A DNA stretch of 20,000 nucleotides from Candidatus Sysuiplasma jiujiangense (GCA_019721075.1 JAHEAD010000004.1:117675-137674), one strand, 5' to 3'. Positions 1-8,741 are shown, counted from the stretch's first letter. The notes: generated by a model not told the origin, from the letters alone. Translations and numbers: made by a program.

Positions 1-744
1 CACAAACGCAACATCGGCACCTGCAGTCAGCAGCATACCGGCGACAGATGATTCGAAAGCGGAGGCATGGCTGCAGCAAACAGTGAAACCGGACAAACTC
101 CTGAAAACCATCCGCTGCATCCCTTTCAGTATGGCAGTCAGTTCAGACATGTCACGCTGACCATCGACAGACAGCTCTTTCGAATCCATCTCCAGCCCTG
201 CAGTCTCGAGGAGTTCCGCGCATTTTCTGAGTGTTGAGGGTTTTGCCCTCTTCAGTCTACCTGTATCCGCAAGTATTCCCGCGAGCAGGATCCCTGCCGT
301 TTCTCCGTCGATAGCGTGACCGCCGTCCGTAATTATGTCATAGACTATCTCCGAACATGAGGGCGCCGTCGAGTCTGTCAGTGAAATACAGTGTTCCGGC
401 TGCCGGTCAATTTCATGGTGGTCTATCACTATGATGACCCTGTCCCTGAACTGCTCCGGTATCACGGTGATGTCGCTTGTGTCCACGATTATGGCCGCCG
501 TCGCACCTTCAGGAAATTTGGCCAGGAGGCTTGCGGAATGCTTCTTCAGCAGCAGATTCCCTGCCCTGTCCGGCTTTGACGGAGACCAGAGATCGCCTAT
601 GCCGAACCTCTTTGACAGCGCACACGCGCTTGCAACGCAGTCAGGATCTGCATGCGGGTGCAGTACAATGACCGGCGAGGCAGATTCAGCCATGAGAAAT
701 GAAATTTCGGAGATCCTGCGCCGGTATGCATCAGTTTGATTCAT
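1..744 (-). CDS. DHH family phosphoesterase (NrnA-like), 3' end runs off the window
   Basis: Manual minus-strand translation from ATG 744: MNQTDAYRRRISEISFLMAESASPVIVLHPHADPDCVASA (HxxxDxD motif), VIDHHE (DHH at 423-415), GILADTGRL and AGADVAFV at the window edge, all in one frame. Overlaps the pfdB end by 14 nt. Not in the ORF track. Confidence 0.9.
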   Translation of the reverse strand, partial: MNQTDAYRRRISEISFLMAESASPVIVLHPHADPDCVASACALSKRFGIGDLWSPSKPDRAGNLLLKKHSASLLAKFPEGATAAIIVDTSDITVIPEQFRDRVIIVIDHHEIDRQPEHCISLTDSTAPSCSEIVYDIITDGGHAIDGETAGILLAGILADTGRLKRAKPSTLRKCAELLETAGLEMDSKELSVDGQRDMSELTAILKGMQRMVFRSLSGFTVCCSHASAFESSVAGMLLTAGADVAFV

Positions 745-1093
745 CCTTTTTCTGCCCGAGTTCCCTGCTCAGCTCATCCTGCAGCGACTGGTATCGTTCC
801 CTCAGGTGTTTTTCCTGCCGTTCTACCGTTTTCACTCTTATGTCAAGCGTTTCCTTCTGCTCTGAAAGTTCCCTGATGACGGTTTCCCTGTCCTTCACCC
901 TGATCATCAGGGATCCTATATTCTTGTAAATTGAAGAATCAGCATCCAGTTTGTTCAGCTCCTCAAGGGCCCGCGTAAGCTCCTTCAGCTGCGCCTCCAG
1001 CTGGTACCTCTGGCTTGCGATGACCTGGATCTGCTGCTGCATCTGCTGGTACTGGTTTATCTGATTCTGCAACTTGGGACTGATGTCGTTCAT
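731..1093 (-). CDS. pfdB: Prefoldin subunit beta
   Basis: Gln-rich coiled coil, IYKNIGSLMIRV beta-hairpin, second coiled coil. Start placed at ATG 1093 because GGTGA (SD-like) lies just upstream. Typical superoperon position. Confidence 0.95.
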   Translation of the reverse strand: MNDISPKLQNQINQYQQMQQQIQVIASQRYQLEAQLKELTRALEELNKLDADSSIYKNIGSLMIRVKDRETVIRELSEQKETLDIRVKTVERQEKHLRERYQSLQDELSRELGQKKDESN

Positions 1094-1113
1094 TAATATC
1101 ACCTTCAGTCAGT

Positions 1114-1359
1114 TCAGGAAGGCCTGATTCTCCTGAAGACACTCAGTGCCACATTAGCCCATCTCATATAAGAATTGAGTGCCGCCCGCAGGGCATGCAG
1201 GTCTTCGGCTTCTATTATCAGTCTGTATCCGCCTTCTGCCTCCAGCCATCTCACGGTGCACCTCCTGAGTTCGCCCGACTCCGGACCCATGACGCTGCAG
1301 AGGAATTTCCCCTCCTCACTTCCGAGGAACAGGGTAGCAGTATGTCTTGCACTGCTCAT
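1114..1359 (-). CDS. pcc1: KEOPS complex subunit Pcc1
   Basis: C-terminal IEAEDLHALRAALNSYMRW signature, 81 aa from ATG 1359, which overlaps the rpoP stop (ATGA). The ORF-track start at 1428 lies inside rpoP. Confidence 0.88.
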   Translation of the reverse strand: MSSARHTATLFLGSEEGKFLCSVMGPESGELRRCTVRWLEAEGGYRLIIEAEDLHALRAALNSYMRWANVALSVFRRIRPS

Positions 1360-1490
1360 TTGGCCGTCAGCTGTTTCTTTACACTGGGCCTGTCCTTGAC
1401 AAAGATCTTGGAACCGCACCTGTCGCACTGAAGGCCGAAGGTGTTTACGCCGGATCTGATCGGCTCACCGCACTTGATGCACTTGTACAT
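1356..1490 (-). CDS. rpoP: DNA-directed RNA polymerase subunit P (Rpo12)
   Basis: Manual translation MYKCIKCGEPIRSGVNTFGLQCDRCGSKIFVKDRPSVKKQLTAK* (44 aa) with YKCxxC...CxxCGSKIFVKxRP motif. TAATG overlap with rpl37ae. Below the ORF-track length cutoff. Confidence 0.95.
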   Translation of the reverse strand: MYKCIKCGEPIRSGVNTFGLQCDRCGSKIFVKDRPSVKKQLTAK

Positions 1491-1783
1491 TACTTTCCAT
1501 CCTCCTTTTCAGCGGCTGCAGCAGCCTCGAGTTCATGCGAAACCACCGTTTTTCTGAACTGGCCGACATACGCTCTGCCCGCATATTTATGACCGCAGTG
1601 CCTGCATGCGTAAATCGATGTGCTCACCCTGCCTACGGAATAGGCGCCGCATCTCGGGCAGGCAATTTCCTTTGCCGCATCCTTCTCGATCTCAAGTATC
1701 CTGGAGCGTATCCTGACACCGTATCTCGGTCCAAATCTGGCGACCGAACCAACCTTCTTCGCCGAACCTGACAATTTTGACAC
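1490..1783 (-). CDS. rpl37ae: 50S ribosomal protein L37Ae (eL43)
   Basis: KKVGSVARFGPRYGVRIR, CPRC...CRHC zinc finger, GRAY. The start is either GTG 1783 or TTG 1774, the latter 6 nt after GAGGTG. Confidence 0.96.
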   Translation of the reverse strand: MSKLSGSAKKVGSVARFGPRYGVRIRSRILEIEKDAAKEIACPRCGAYSVGRVSTSIYACRHCGHKYAGRAYVGQFRKTVVSHELEAAAAAEKEDGK

Positions 1784-1784
1784 C

Positions 1785-2558
1785 TCATAGCTTCTTTCTT
1801 ATAAGATTCCCGGCAGAGGCGGACATTTTTATCGCGCTTCTCACTTCCTCAATGGTGAAATGCCCTGTCCCGCCCTTCTGCATTGCGCGTATGTCTCCGT
1901 TTTCATCCGTCGCCACTGTGAGTCTCGCAGACGAAACATCTTCTTCTTCAAGCGTGGGATCTATTATCAGTCTGTCGCCTATTTTAACTGTTGTACATGA
2001 TATGGGCACCGATCTGAGTGGCAGCCTGTAATCCTCCCCCTTGCCAAGTCTCTTTGCAGGGACAACGGTGTTCTTAAGTGCGCTGACAGCAGCTATCGAG
2101 GCCGCGTCAAAGAGGTTGCCGTCATAATCCAGCGGATAAATATCAATGTACAGGACCCAGACTTCCTCTTTGGGCTTGATGCAGAGTGCAGCCATGTCTA
2201 TGAGCTGACTCTCTCTGATTCCTCTGTCCACGACACGCGAAAGCTCTATTGCGCTCGGCGACGGCGGTCCGCTTTCGAAATCTTCCGAAGCCATCGGAAT
2301 CAGCTCAACGTTTGTTGTGAGCACACCTTTGTCTGGAGAGTCGTCGAACGGCTCGCCGACATCCATCTTTATTCCTACAACAACCTCTGTATTTCCCAGC
2401 CTGAGTCTTGAGGATCCTTCCGCAGTCTCTATCGTTCCGGTCTCAACGGTAATTTCCCTGAATTCGTCGAATTTCCTGCCATCCGTTCTTACGCCGCGTG
2501 AAAGCACATTGAGGATGTGTCCCCTTTTCACATCCGACATCGGACTCCTTGAAAGCAT
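1785..2558 (-). CDS. rrp42: Exosome complex component Rrp42
   Basis: RNase PH fold motifs RTDGRKFDEFR, AEGSS, FESGPP, ELSRVVDRGIRES, DYDGNLFDA, MQKGG. Start placed at ATG 2558, directly after the rrp41 stop. Confidence 0.97.
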   Translation of the reverse strand: MLSRSPMSDVKRGHILNVLSRGVRTDGRKFDEFREITVETGTIETAEGSSRLRLGNTEVVVGIKMDVGEPFDDSPDKGVLTTNVELIPMASEDFESGPPSPSAIELSRVVDRGIRESQLIDMAALCIKPKEEVWVLYIDIYPLDYDGNLFDAASIAAVSALKNTVVPAKRLGKGEDYRLPLRSVPISCTTVKIGDRLIIDPTLEEEDVSSARLTVATDENGDIRAMQKGGTGHFTIEEVRSAIKMSASAGNLIRKKL

Positions 2559-2559
2559 T

Positions 2560-3324
2560 TCAGTTCGCCTCCTCTGTTTTTGTCTCCTCTTCAGAAAGTA
2601 TGACGGAATATTTCCTTTTGAGCGCTTCCTGCTGGAGAGCGTATATCTTTGAGCAGCCGCCCATGGCAAGTTCAATCGCCCTGTCAAACTCCTCCTGTGT
2701 CATGTGGCCGTCCATCTGCAGAAGGAGTATTTCCCCCGTTCTCGGCAGATATGCAAGCGGAACATCGGCCTGGCCGAAGTTGTCCTCTTCCTTGTTCAGG
2801 TCAAGTACTATTGTGTCTGCAACCTTGCCTGCAGCGCAGGCCGGCACGAGATCCCTCATCGGTATTCCCGCATCAGCGAGCGCTACCGATGCGGCTGTAA
2901 GGCCAGCACATCTGGTGCCGGCATTGGCCTGGAGCACCACAATGTAGACGTCTATGGAAGTTCTCGGAAACTGCTCCAGAAAAACGACATGCTCCAGCGC
3001 TTCAGAGAGTATCTTGGAAATTTCCACCGATCTTCTGTCGGGGCCCGGTCTCTTTCTGTCGTCCACAGAGAATGAAAGCATATTGTAGTTGCACTGGACG
3101 ATGGCCCTGGTCGGATCCTGCAGATGCCTGGGGTGGCATTCCCTTGGTCCGTACACGGCCGCAAGTATCTTGTTCTTTCCCATTTCGACATAAGCTGAGC
3201 CGTCGGCCCGCTTCAGAACCCCTGCCTCGATCCTTATCGGCCTCAGCTCGTCAGCTCTCCTGCCGTCAATCCTCTTTCCGTTTTCGTCAATCAGTTTTAG
3301 CCCTTCAGGCATATCCATGCTCAT
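2560..3324 (-). CDS. rrp41: Exosome complex exonuclease Rrp41
   Basis: [33 protein letters not shown] phosphate-binding segment, DLNKEED catalytic segment, LQMDG. Confidence 0.98.
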   Translation of the reverse strand: MSMDMPEGLKLIDENGKRIDGRRADELRPIRIEAGVLKRADGSAYVEMGKNKILAAVYGPRECHPRHLQDPTRAIVQCNYNMLSFSVDDRKRPGPDRRSVEISKILSEALEHVVFLEQFPRTSIDVYIVVLQANAGTRCAGLTAASVALADAGIPMRDLVPACAAGKVADTIVLDLNKEEDNFGQADVPLAYLPRTGEILLLQMDGHMTQEEFDRAIELAMGGCSKIYALQQEALKRKYSVILSEEETKTEEAN

Positions 3325-3348
3325 TAAAACACCAACCGTGAGTATCTC

Positions 3349-4032
3349 TTATCTATTTTTCAGGTTATCCTCGAGGAATTCCCTGATCCTGTTTGTAAGG
3401 CCGAAAGTCTGGGCCTCCATGTCTATGATCCTGAGTGCCTTGGCAACCACCAGGACCCTTTCTATTTCACCGTCAATCCAGATGCGTCCATTCCTTCCGA
3501 CTATTATCCTGCATCCTGACATGGACCTAAGCATCTCTATCATTGAGCTGTTCTTGCCAACAACTCTGGCAACCTTTCCGAAAGGTATGTCCACGATGTG
3601 GCCGCCGTTCAGCTTGCGCAGCCTCTGGTCCCTCATCGTCACCTGTACATGCTTCGAGTCGTCCACCGAAAGGATTTCGGCAATCACATTGTCCCCTATG
3701 TCCAGATATTTGGAAGTGGCATTGAATTCAACCTTCCAGGGGGACTCGGAGGCGTGAAGAAGAGCGGGGTAGGGAGAATTGATGTCAAGCAGCCAGCTTG
3801 ATGCATTTATCTCCGAGACAGTGCCGATTACCTCCTCCTCCCTGAACGGTATGTACTTCCCGCCAAGCGGGATGATGTCGACATAATTCCCTCTCATTGA
3901 CTTCAGACCCAGTGTGGAGGAGTAGAATCTCCCGTCCTTCCTGTACATTCCAAACCCCGCCTTCCTACCTGCACACTCCACAGGTTCCCCGGGTACAACA
4001 ATATCCCTAACTTCGGAACCTGAACGGGCCAT
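3349..4032 (-). CDS. rrp4: Exosome complex RNA-binding protein Rrp4
   Basis: IVVPGE N-terminus, S1 domain (YIP...VIG...DINSPY), KH domain (KVARVVGKNSSMI...IVGRNGRIWI). Confidence 0.97.
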   Translation of the reverse strand: MARSGSEVRDIVVPGEPVECAGRKAGFGMYRKDGRFYSSTLGLKSMRGNYVDIIPLGGKYIPFREEEVIGTVSEINASSWLLDINSPYPALLHASESPWKVEFNATSKYLDIGDNVIAEILSVDDSKHVQVTMRDQRLRKLNGGHIVDIPFGKVARVVGKNSSMIEMLRSMSGCRIIVGRNGRIWIDGEIERVLVVAKALRIIDMEAQTFGLTNRIREFLEDNLKNR

Positions 4033-4082
4033 TTCACTTCACTTTCCAGTATCGACCTGAATATGAATTCTAAATCCACACT

Positions 4083-4778
4083 CTATTTTAATATTTTGGT
4101 CTCTGCCTTGCCCTTGGTTTTGTGCCCGATCTTCTCAAAAAGATCTGTCTGCATCCCTGCCGGTATCTCCAGTATTCCCACCCAGTGACCGTCATTCTGC
4201 CACTCTTCCCTCGTTATTTTGCCGAAGTGAAGGAGATCCTCATAGCAGCGGCCATAATCCTCCCCGCTCAGTTTTATCGCGATCTTCGCATTCTCAAACC
4301 TTATCGGTATCAGCGGCCTTAGTGCATCCAGCACTTCCTGAACCTGTGATTCCGCAGACTTGAATGGATCAATTCTGACCCTCGCCTCTTCCATGGCTGC
4401 CTCAATCCTGGCCAGCGGATGAGGGGTCCTGGTCTGCGGATTTATTGCGTTTCTTGCTATGATGGTGGCCACCTGCTTCCGTTTTGTCTCCGCCATGATG
4501 CGGCGCTGCTCGGTTGTCAGCTGGACCTGCCCCTTCTGGAGTATGGTACGGGCCACCTGTCCTATATCGTCCGTGTCGAAAAATTCCTTCAGTTTTTCCG
4601 GCGACTGCTTTGTCCCTTTTTTAGCATCCTTGAAGATTTCCTCGACGGCCATGTGGTTTGCGACGTCAACCTCCTTCCCTTCCTTCAGGTATTTGACTAT
4701 GCGCGGATCTATGAGTATTTCGAAAACCTCTCCCTTGATTTCGTATCTGCCCACTATGGCCTCGTCAAGATCTACCAT
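4083..4778 (-). CDS. Ribosome maturation protein SBDS/Sdo1
   Basis: FEILIDP, IFKDAKKG, QLTTEQRR, NPQTRTPHPLARIEAAMEEA, LIPIRFE. Confidence 0.97.
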   Translation of the reverse strand: MVDLDEAIVGRYEIKGEVFEILIDPRIVKYLKEGKEVDVANHMAVEEIFKDAKKGTKQSPEKLKEFFDTDDIGQVARTILQKGQVQLTTEQRRIMAETKRKQVATIIARNAINPQTRTPHPLARIEAAMEEARVRIDPFKSAESQVQEVLDALRPLIPIRFENAKIAIKLSGEDYGRCYEDLLHFGKITREEWQNDGHWVGILEIPAGMQTDLFEKIGHKTKGKAETKILK

Positions 4779-4799
4779 ACACGTGCACCGGTTGTATTA

Positions 4800-5519
4800 T
4801 CAGGAGGCACCAACCAGCTTCACGAATTTGTCAACCTCTCCGGTTTCGAGCTTCCTGAAATTTTCACCAGATTTTACCATCCCTACCTCAATAGCCTTGG
4901 GATTGAGTTCCTCTTCGGTTGCCTTCTTCAATCCCTTGAGCGCGAGGACGGTCGCATCCTCCATGGAGAGATCTTCCTTGTAATTCTCTTCAAAGAAATC
5001 CATCACGACATTTCTGCCGGCTCCAATGGAACTTGCCTTGTAGGATGCAAGGCCTCCGCTCGGATCAGTTTCGAACAGATGTGCACCGCTGTCATCCACG
5101 CCGGCAACCAGAAGCGAGGTTCCGAAGGGCCTGACCCCACCGTACTGGGTATACTGCTGCTTGTAGTCGCATATCCTCTTCACAAGCGCTTCCACGCTTA
5201 TCCTGTCGCCGTATGTTATCTTGTTTACCTGCGACATGACCCTTGCATTGTCCACAAGCACGCGGGCATCGGCAACAAGTCCCGAAGTCGCACACCCGAT
5301 GTGATCGTCGATGAGGTATATCTTCTCCATTGAGGAGGGCTCCATCAGCCTGCTTGCGATCCTCTTGTCGACTATGAGTGCAACGCCGTCCTTGAATTTT
5401 ATACCCACCGTCGTCGTCCCGCGTCTCACGGCTTCCCTGGCGTATTCGACCTGAAACAGTCTGCCATCCGGCGAGAAAACCGTAATTGCCCTGTCGTAGG
5501 CCATCTGTCCTGGCTGCAT
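4800..5519 (-). CDS. psmA: Proteasome subunit alpha
   Basis: YDRAITVFSPDGRLFQVEYAREAV signature, SGLVADAR, RPFGTSLL, TDPSG. Confidence 0.99.
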   Translation of the reverse strand: MQPGQMAYDRAITVFSPDGRLFQVEYAREAVRRGTTTVGIKFKDGVALIVDKRIASRLMEPSSMEKIYLIDDHIGCATSGLVADARVLVDNARVMSQVNKITYGDRISVEALVKRICDYKQQYTQYGGVRPFGTSLLVAGVDDSGAHLFETDPSGGLASYKASSIGAGRNVVMDFFEENYKEDLSMEDATVLALKGLKKATEEELNPKAIEVGMVKSGENFRKLETGEVDKFVKLVGAS

Positions 5520-5565
5520 TATTTAACCAACTCCAAATATGACATAAGTTCGGATGCGATTATCT

Positions 5566-5573
5566 TATTTAAG
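5566..5573 (-). promoter_or_regulatory. Putative TATA box for psmA (internal promoter)
   Basis: CTTAAATA on the minus strand about 46 nt upstream of the psmA ATG, in an AT-rich 86-bp gap. Confidence 0.5.
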
Positions 5574-5605
5574 CTTAAAAACTCTTCTTTTCCTGTCCTT
5601 GCGCT

Positions 5606-5929
5606 CTAACTCCCCTTTCCCGTCTCCGCCGACGGCTGTCCGAGCATGTGCCTCAGTGATTTCAGCGTTCCCGATGTGCACAGTGTGGTGCACCTGTATT
5701 TTCCACCTATCCTGTTCAGCCCGTTCACGACGGTTGCCGCACTGTAATGAACACATCTTATTATGGCCACGTTCCCTTTCATTGAGATGAATTTCACCCG
5801 TGCCTCCATAACCGCAGTCCGGCCTATGGCTTCAGACAGAAGACGCACTATCTCATTGCCTCCAGAGAGCGGGGGTACAAACGAGGCAGCTATGTATCTC
5901 CTTCTTCCCGTCTTTTCCTTTACTGTCAA
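5606..5929 (-). CDS. rnp2: Ribonuclease P protein component 2 (Pop5/Rpp14 family)
   Basis: GRRRYI N-terminal motif, AIIRC, TSGTLKSL C-terminal motif. Canonical position upstream of psmA. TTG start. Confidence 0.88.
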   Translation of the reverse strand: MTVKEKTGRRRYIAASFVPPLSGGNEIVRLLSEAIGRTAVMEARVKFISMKGNVAIIRCVHYSAATVVNGLNRIGGKYRCTTLCTSGTLKSLRHMLGQPSAETGKGS

Positions 5930-5952
5930 CCCGAATTCGAGTAGGATGCTTC

Positions 5953-7041
5953 CTATTTAATGAAATCGACTCCCCGGTCGCTCAGGCTGTCCTGCGGGAG
6001 CATGAAGGGTGACTTTACACCCGTTATCACAACAAGCACCTTTATCTTCCCGTCGGACTCCGGCTCGACGCTGCAACCCCAGATGATTCTTGCCCTGGGC
6101 CCCATAGCTGCCGACGCCGCCTCGGCCACTCTCTGCGCTTCCTTTAGCGTCATGTCGCTCCCTCCCACAACCCTTATAAGTGCGCCCTTTGCCTCCTTTA
6201 TGTCCACATCGCCCAGCAGGGGCGATGTCAGGGCCTGTCTCAGCGCATCCTCGACACGTTCGTCCTTTGCACCTGTCGATTCTCCTATCCCTATGAGCGC
6301 AACACCGCCTGATCCCATTATTGTCTTTATGTCCGCGAAATCGATGTTGACGAGTCCGGGCTTGGTTACAATTTCTGTTATGCCCTTGATGCACTGCGCA
6401 AGCACTTCATCAGCGACGCGGAACGCAGCATCAAGAGGGAGTCTTGGAACGATTTCCAGAAGTTTGTCGTTCGGAATGACCACTGTCGTATCCGCAAAAC
6501 TTCGAAGCCTCTCAAGTCCACGGAGCGCATTCTGCATTCTTATTGTGCCCTCAGCCTTGAACGGAAGAGTGACAACAGCCATGACAAGCGCACGATTCTC
6601 CTTTGCAATCTGCGCCACTACCGGTATTGAGCCGGTACCCGTGCCGCCTCCCATTCCGGCAGTGACGAATACGATGTCATCATGTTCCAGATATTTACGT
6701 ATGTCCTCCCTTGCCTCCTCGGCTGCCTGATTCCCTATTTCGGGAAGCGCACCTGCCCCGAGGCCCCTTGTAAGTCTCCTGCCGAGAAGCACTTTGTGAG
6801 GGGCATTGAGAAGAAGCAGATGTCTTGCATCCGTGTTTGCCGCGATGAGGGATGCGCCAAAAACACCTCCCTGGTGCAATCTCCTTATTGTATTCGAGCC
6901 TCCGCCACCGCAGCCTATAATGCTTATCCTCACCTTAAGTGAATCAACTAAGCGCATCAGCTCTTCATCTGTCGCGTCCGAAAACGTTCCATCCACAGCT
7001 CCGTGGTCCTGCTTAAGTGCATCCTCTACGATCGATTCCAT
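5953..7041 (-). CDS. ftsZ: Cell division protein FtsZ
   Basis: [30 protein letters not shown] tubulin signature, PFKAEG, NIDFAD T7 loop. Confidence 0.99.
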   Translation of the reverse strand: MESIVEDALKQDHGAVDGTFSDATDEELMRLVDSLKVRISIIGCGGGGSNTIRRLHQGGVFGASLIAANTDARHLLLLNAPHKVLLGRRLTRGLGAGALPEIGNQAAEEAREDIRKYLEHDDIVFVTAGMGGGTGTGSIPVVAQIAKENRALVMAVVTLPFKAEGTIRMQNALRGLERLRSFADTTVVIPNDKLLEIVPRLPLDAAFRVADEVLAQCIKGITEIVTKPGLVNIDFADIKTIMGSGGVALIGIGESTGAKDERVEDALRQALTSPLLGDVDIKEAKGALIRVVGGSDMTLKEAQRVAEAASAAMGPRARIIWGCSVEPESDGKIKVLVVITGVKSPFMLPQDSLSDRGVDFIK

Positions 7042-7088
7042 CTAGTTCCCATCCCGAGAAAGGTAGTTTAGAGGTATTGCAAATAATG

Positions 7089-7096
7089 TATTTAAA
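7089..7096 (-). promoter_or_regulatory. Putative TATA box for ftsZ
   Basis: TTTAAATA on the minus strand about 47 nt upstream of the ftsZ ATG. Confidence 0.6.
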
Positions 7097-7191
7097 ACAT
7101 CACTTATCGTCTGACGATTGTCATACGAAATTCGATTGTTCCGGAGATGATGAAACACTTGACCTTGACAGGCGCAGCCGGTTCGGATGGT

Positions 7192-7896
7192 TCAGACGGG
7201 TTCCAGTTCAAAGCGGATATTGCAACCAGCACAGTAAAGTTCGTCATCAGTCGGTGCACCGCACCTGGTGCATGTCGGAGGTAAGGTCATTCCGCAACTG
7301 CATTCGAGATCGCCAGCCTCGATCAGCCGCAGGCAGTACGGGCACTGGATGAGTGTCACAGCTTCGTCGCCGAAGGTTGCTCCGCAGCAGCTGCAGAATG
7401 AATTTTCAGTCTTTATCTCTGTTGTGCAGACCGGGCAGAGGAAGCCGGTAACGGTGCTCAGATGGTATCCGCACCCGCCGCAGTAGCGATCCTTTGCGCC
7501 AACCTCTGCATTGCAGTTTCGACAGTGAAGTGATGTGAATGATTCATCGCCAGACAGATCATCGAAGTTTGCGAACTTTGGCAGCCACCCAGATTCCCTC
7601 AGAGCAATACTTTCTTCAGAACTGCTGCTTCTGCATCTGGAACAGAAATGCAGTGTCATGAAGCATCCTCTGTGATAGTTTGCACCACAGTCACAACTGT
7701 AGCTGTCCTGTGAATCAACCGTGTCCAGGCAGAGGATGCAAAACCTGTCGCGGCGTGCATGGACTTTCGGCATGCCACCGTGGTTGAAAACAGCTTTTAA
7801 CACTCCGTGCAGTTCAGAGAGCTGGCGAAGTATGACGCCGCTTACTCCGTCCGCTGAGGCGTGGCTGCTGTCTGTCACTGCGTGCCTGTCCCCCAC
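7192..7896 (-). CDS. Cys-rich zinc-finger protein: C4HC3 (RING/PHD-like) domain plus four zinc ribbons (double-zinc-ribbon like)
   Basis: CILC-x11-CDC-x4-H-x2-C-x6-CSRC, then CRNC/CGGC, CPVC/CSCC, CPYC/CSC, CTRC/CAGC; 24 Cys in total. Start uncertain (GTG 7896 or ATG 7773). Confidence 0.8.
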   Translation of the reverse strand: MGDRHAVTDSSHASADGVSGVILRQLSELHGVLKAVFNHGGMPKVHARRDRFCILCLDTVDSQDSYSCDCGANYHRGCFMTLHFCSRCRSSSSEESIALRESGWLPKFANFDDLSGDESFTSLHCRNCNAEVGAKDRYCGGCGYHLSTVTGFLCPVCTTEIKTENSFCSCCGATFGDEAVTLIQCPYCLRLIEAGDLECSCGMTLPPTCTRCGAPTDDELYCAGCNIRFELEPV

Positions 7897-7949
7897 TCCT
7901 CATGGACTCCCTGCATACAAATATTTCCGTTGAACAGATTTCTTTCGGG

Positions 7950-8741
7950 TCAGTTATTTTTCCGTGTCTTTCCCTCACCGCGTATAACATTCGTCGCAAG
8001 CCTTCCCAGAAATGTACCGTCAAGAAGATAGAGTCTGCTCTTTCTGACTTCAATCAGCCTGTTTCTAAACAGGGGGCCAAGCCCGCCCGGATCTCTGTTC
8101 ACGGGAGTCCCGGTCAGAAATGGATTGAATGCCGGTACCACAACAACCTCTTCAGGCAGCCGTCTGTATGTCGAAGTAGGATCTCTCTTCCTGAACGGGG
8201 CCCTCAGCCAGCACTTCTCGATGTAACTGTTTCCGAGAGAATCCACGAACTCGATAGCGGGGTGAAGGTGACCCATGAGCAGTATCTTCCTTTTCATCAT
8301 TTCCTCTTCAGGCCAGGTATGGCCGTGCGTGAATGCAATATCGCCGCTTGTGAAGCCGCCCGGAGGGTGGACTATGACGCGCTGCGGCAGCTGTCTCACG
8401 ATCAAGCCGTCATGATTTCCCGGAACAAGCTCTATCTTACTGTAGTATTCCAGCAGCTTTGACATGAAATCTGGTATAGCAGAACGTGAATTAACCGCCG
8501 AGAATTCATGTCTCAGATCGCCGAGTATTATGAGACGGTTTCCGTAGGAGGACAGTCCTATGATTTCAGCAAGCATCCTTTCAATCTGTCTTCCTGTATA
8601 CACACCCCTGTTCTCGAAATCATCTCCCATGCCCACATGAAGGTCGGCAATGACTACGGATGGATTGTCAGTCCCTGCTATGAGGGCAGGATGCCCGGCG
8701 ACAGGCTCAACCGAGAGAGCAGCATCATTCAGACTCCCCAC
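7950..8741 (-). CDS. Metallophosphoesterase, COG1407/ICC-like
   Basis: DLHVG, GDLRH, PGNHD, HGH, GHLHP and VPAFN motifs. Confidence 0.9.
   Translation of the reverse strand: MGSLNDAALSVEPVAGHPALIAGTDNPSVVIADLHVGMGDDFENRGVYTGRQIERMLAEIIGLSSYGNRLIILGDLRHEFSAVNSRSAIPDFMSKLLEYYSKIELVPGNHDGLIVRQLPQRVIVHPPGGFTSGDIAFTHGHTWPEEEMMKRKILLMGHLHPAIEFVDSLGNSYIEKCWLRAPFRKRDPTSTYRRLPEEVVVVPAFNPFLTGTPVNRDPGGLGPLFRNRLIEVRKSRLYLLDGTFLGRLATNVIRGEGKTRKNN

Noticed and set aside
2559..2687. N-terminal extension of Rrp42 in the ORF track
   Set aside because: Overlaps the rrp41 3' end. ATG 2558 directly after the rrp41 stop gives a normal-length protein.
4419..5333. 304-aa plus-strand ORF
   Set aside because: Antisense to SBDS and psmA, with no recognisable motifs; shadow ORF.
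5960..6730. 256-aa plus-strand ORF
   Set aside because: Antisense shadow of ftsZ with Ser/Pro-rich composition.
7042..7191. cdrS-like small RHH gene upstream of ftsZ
   Set aside because: No minus-strand ORF of suitable length with a start codon; only MTIVRR* was seen.
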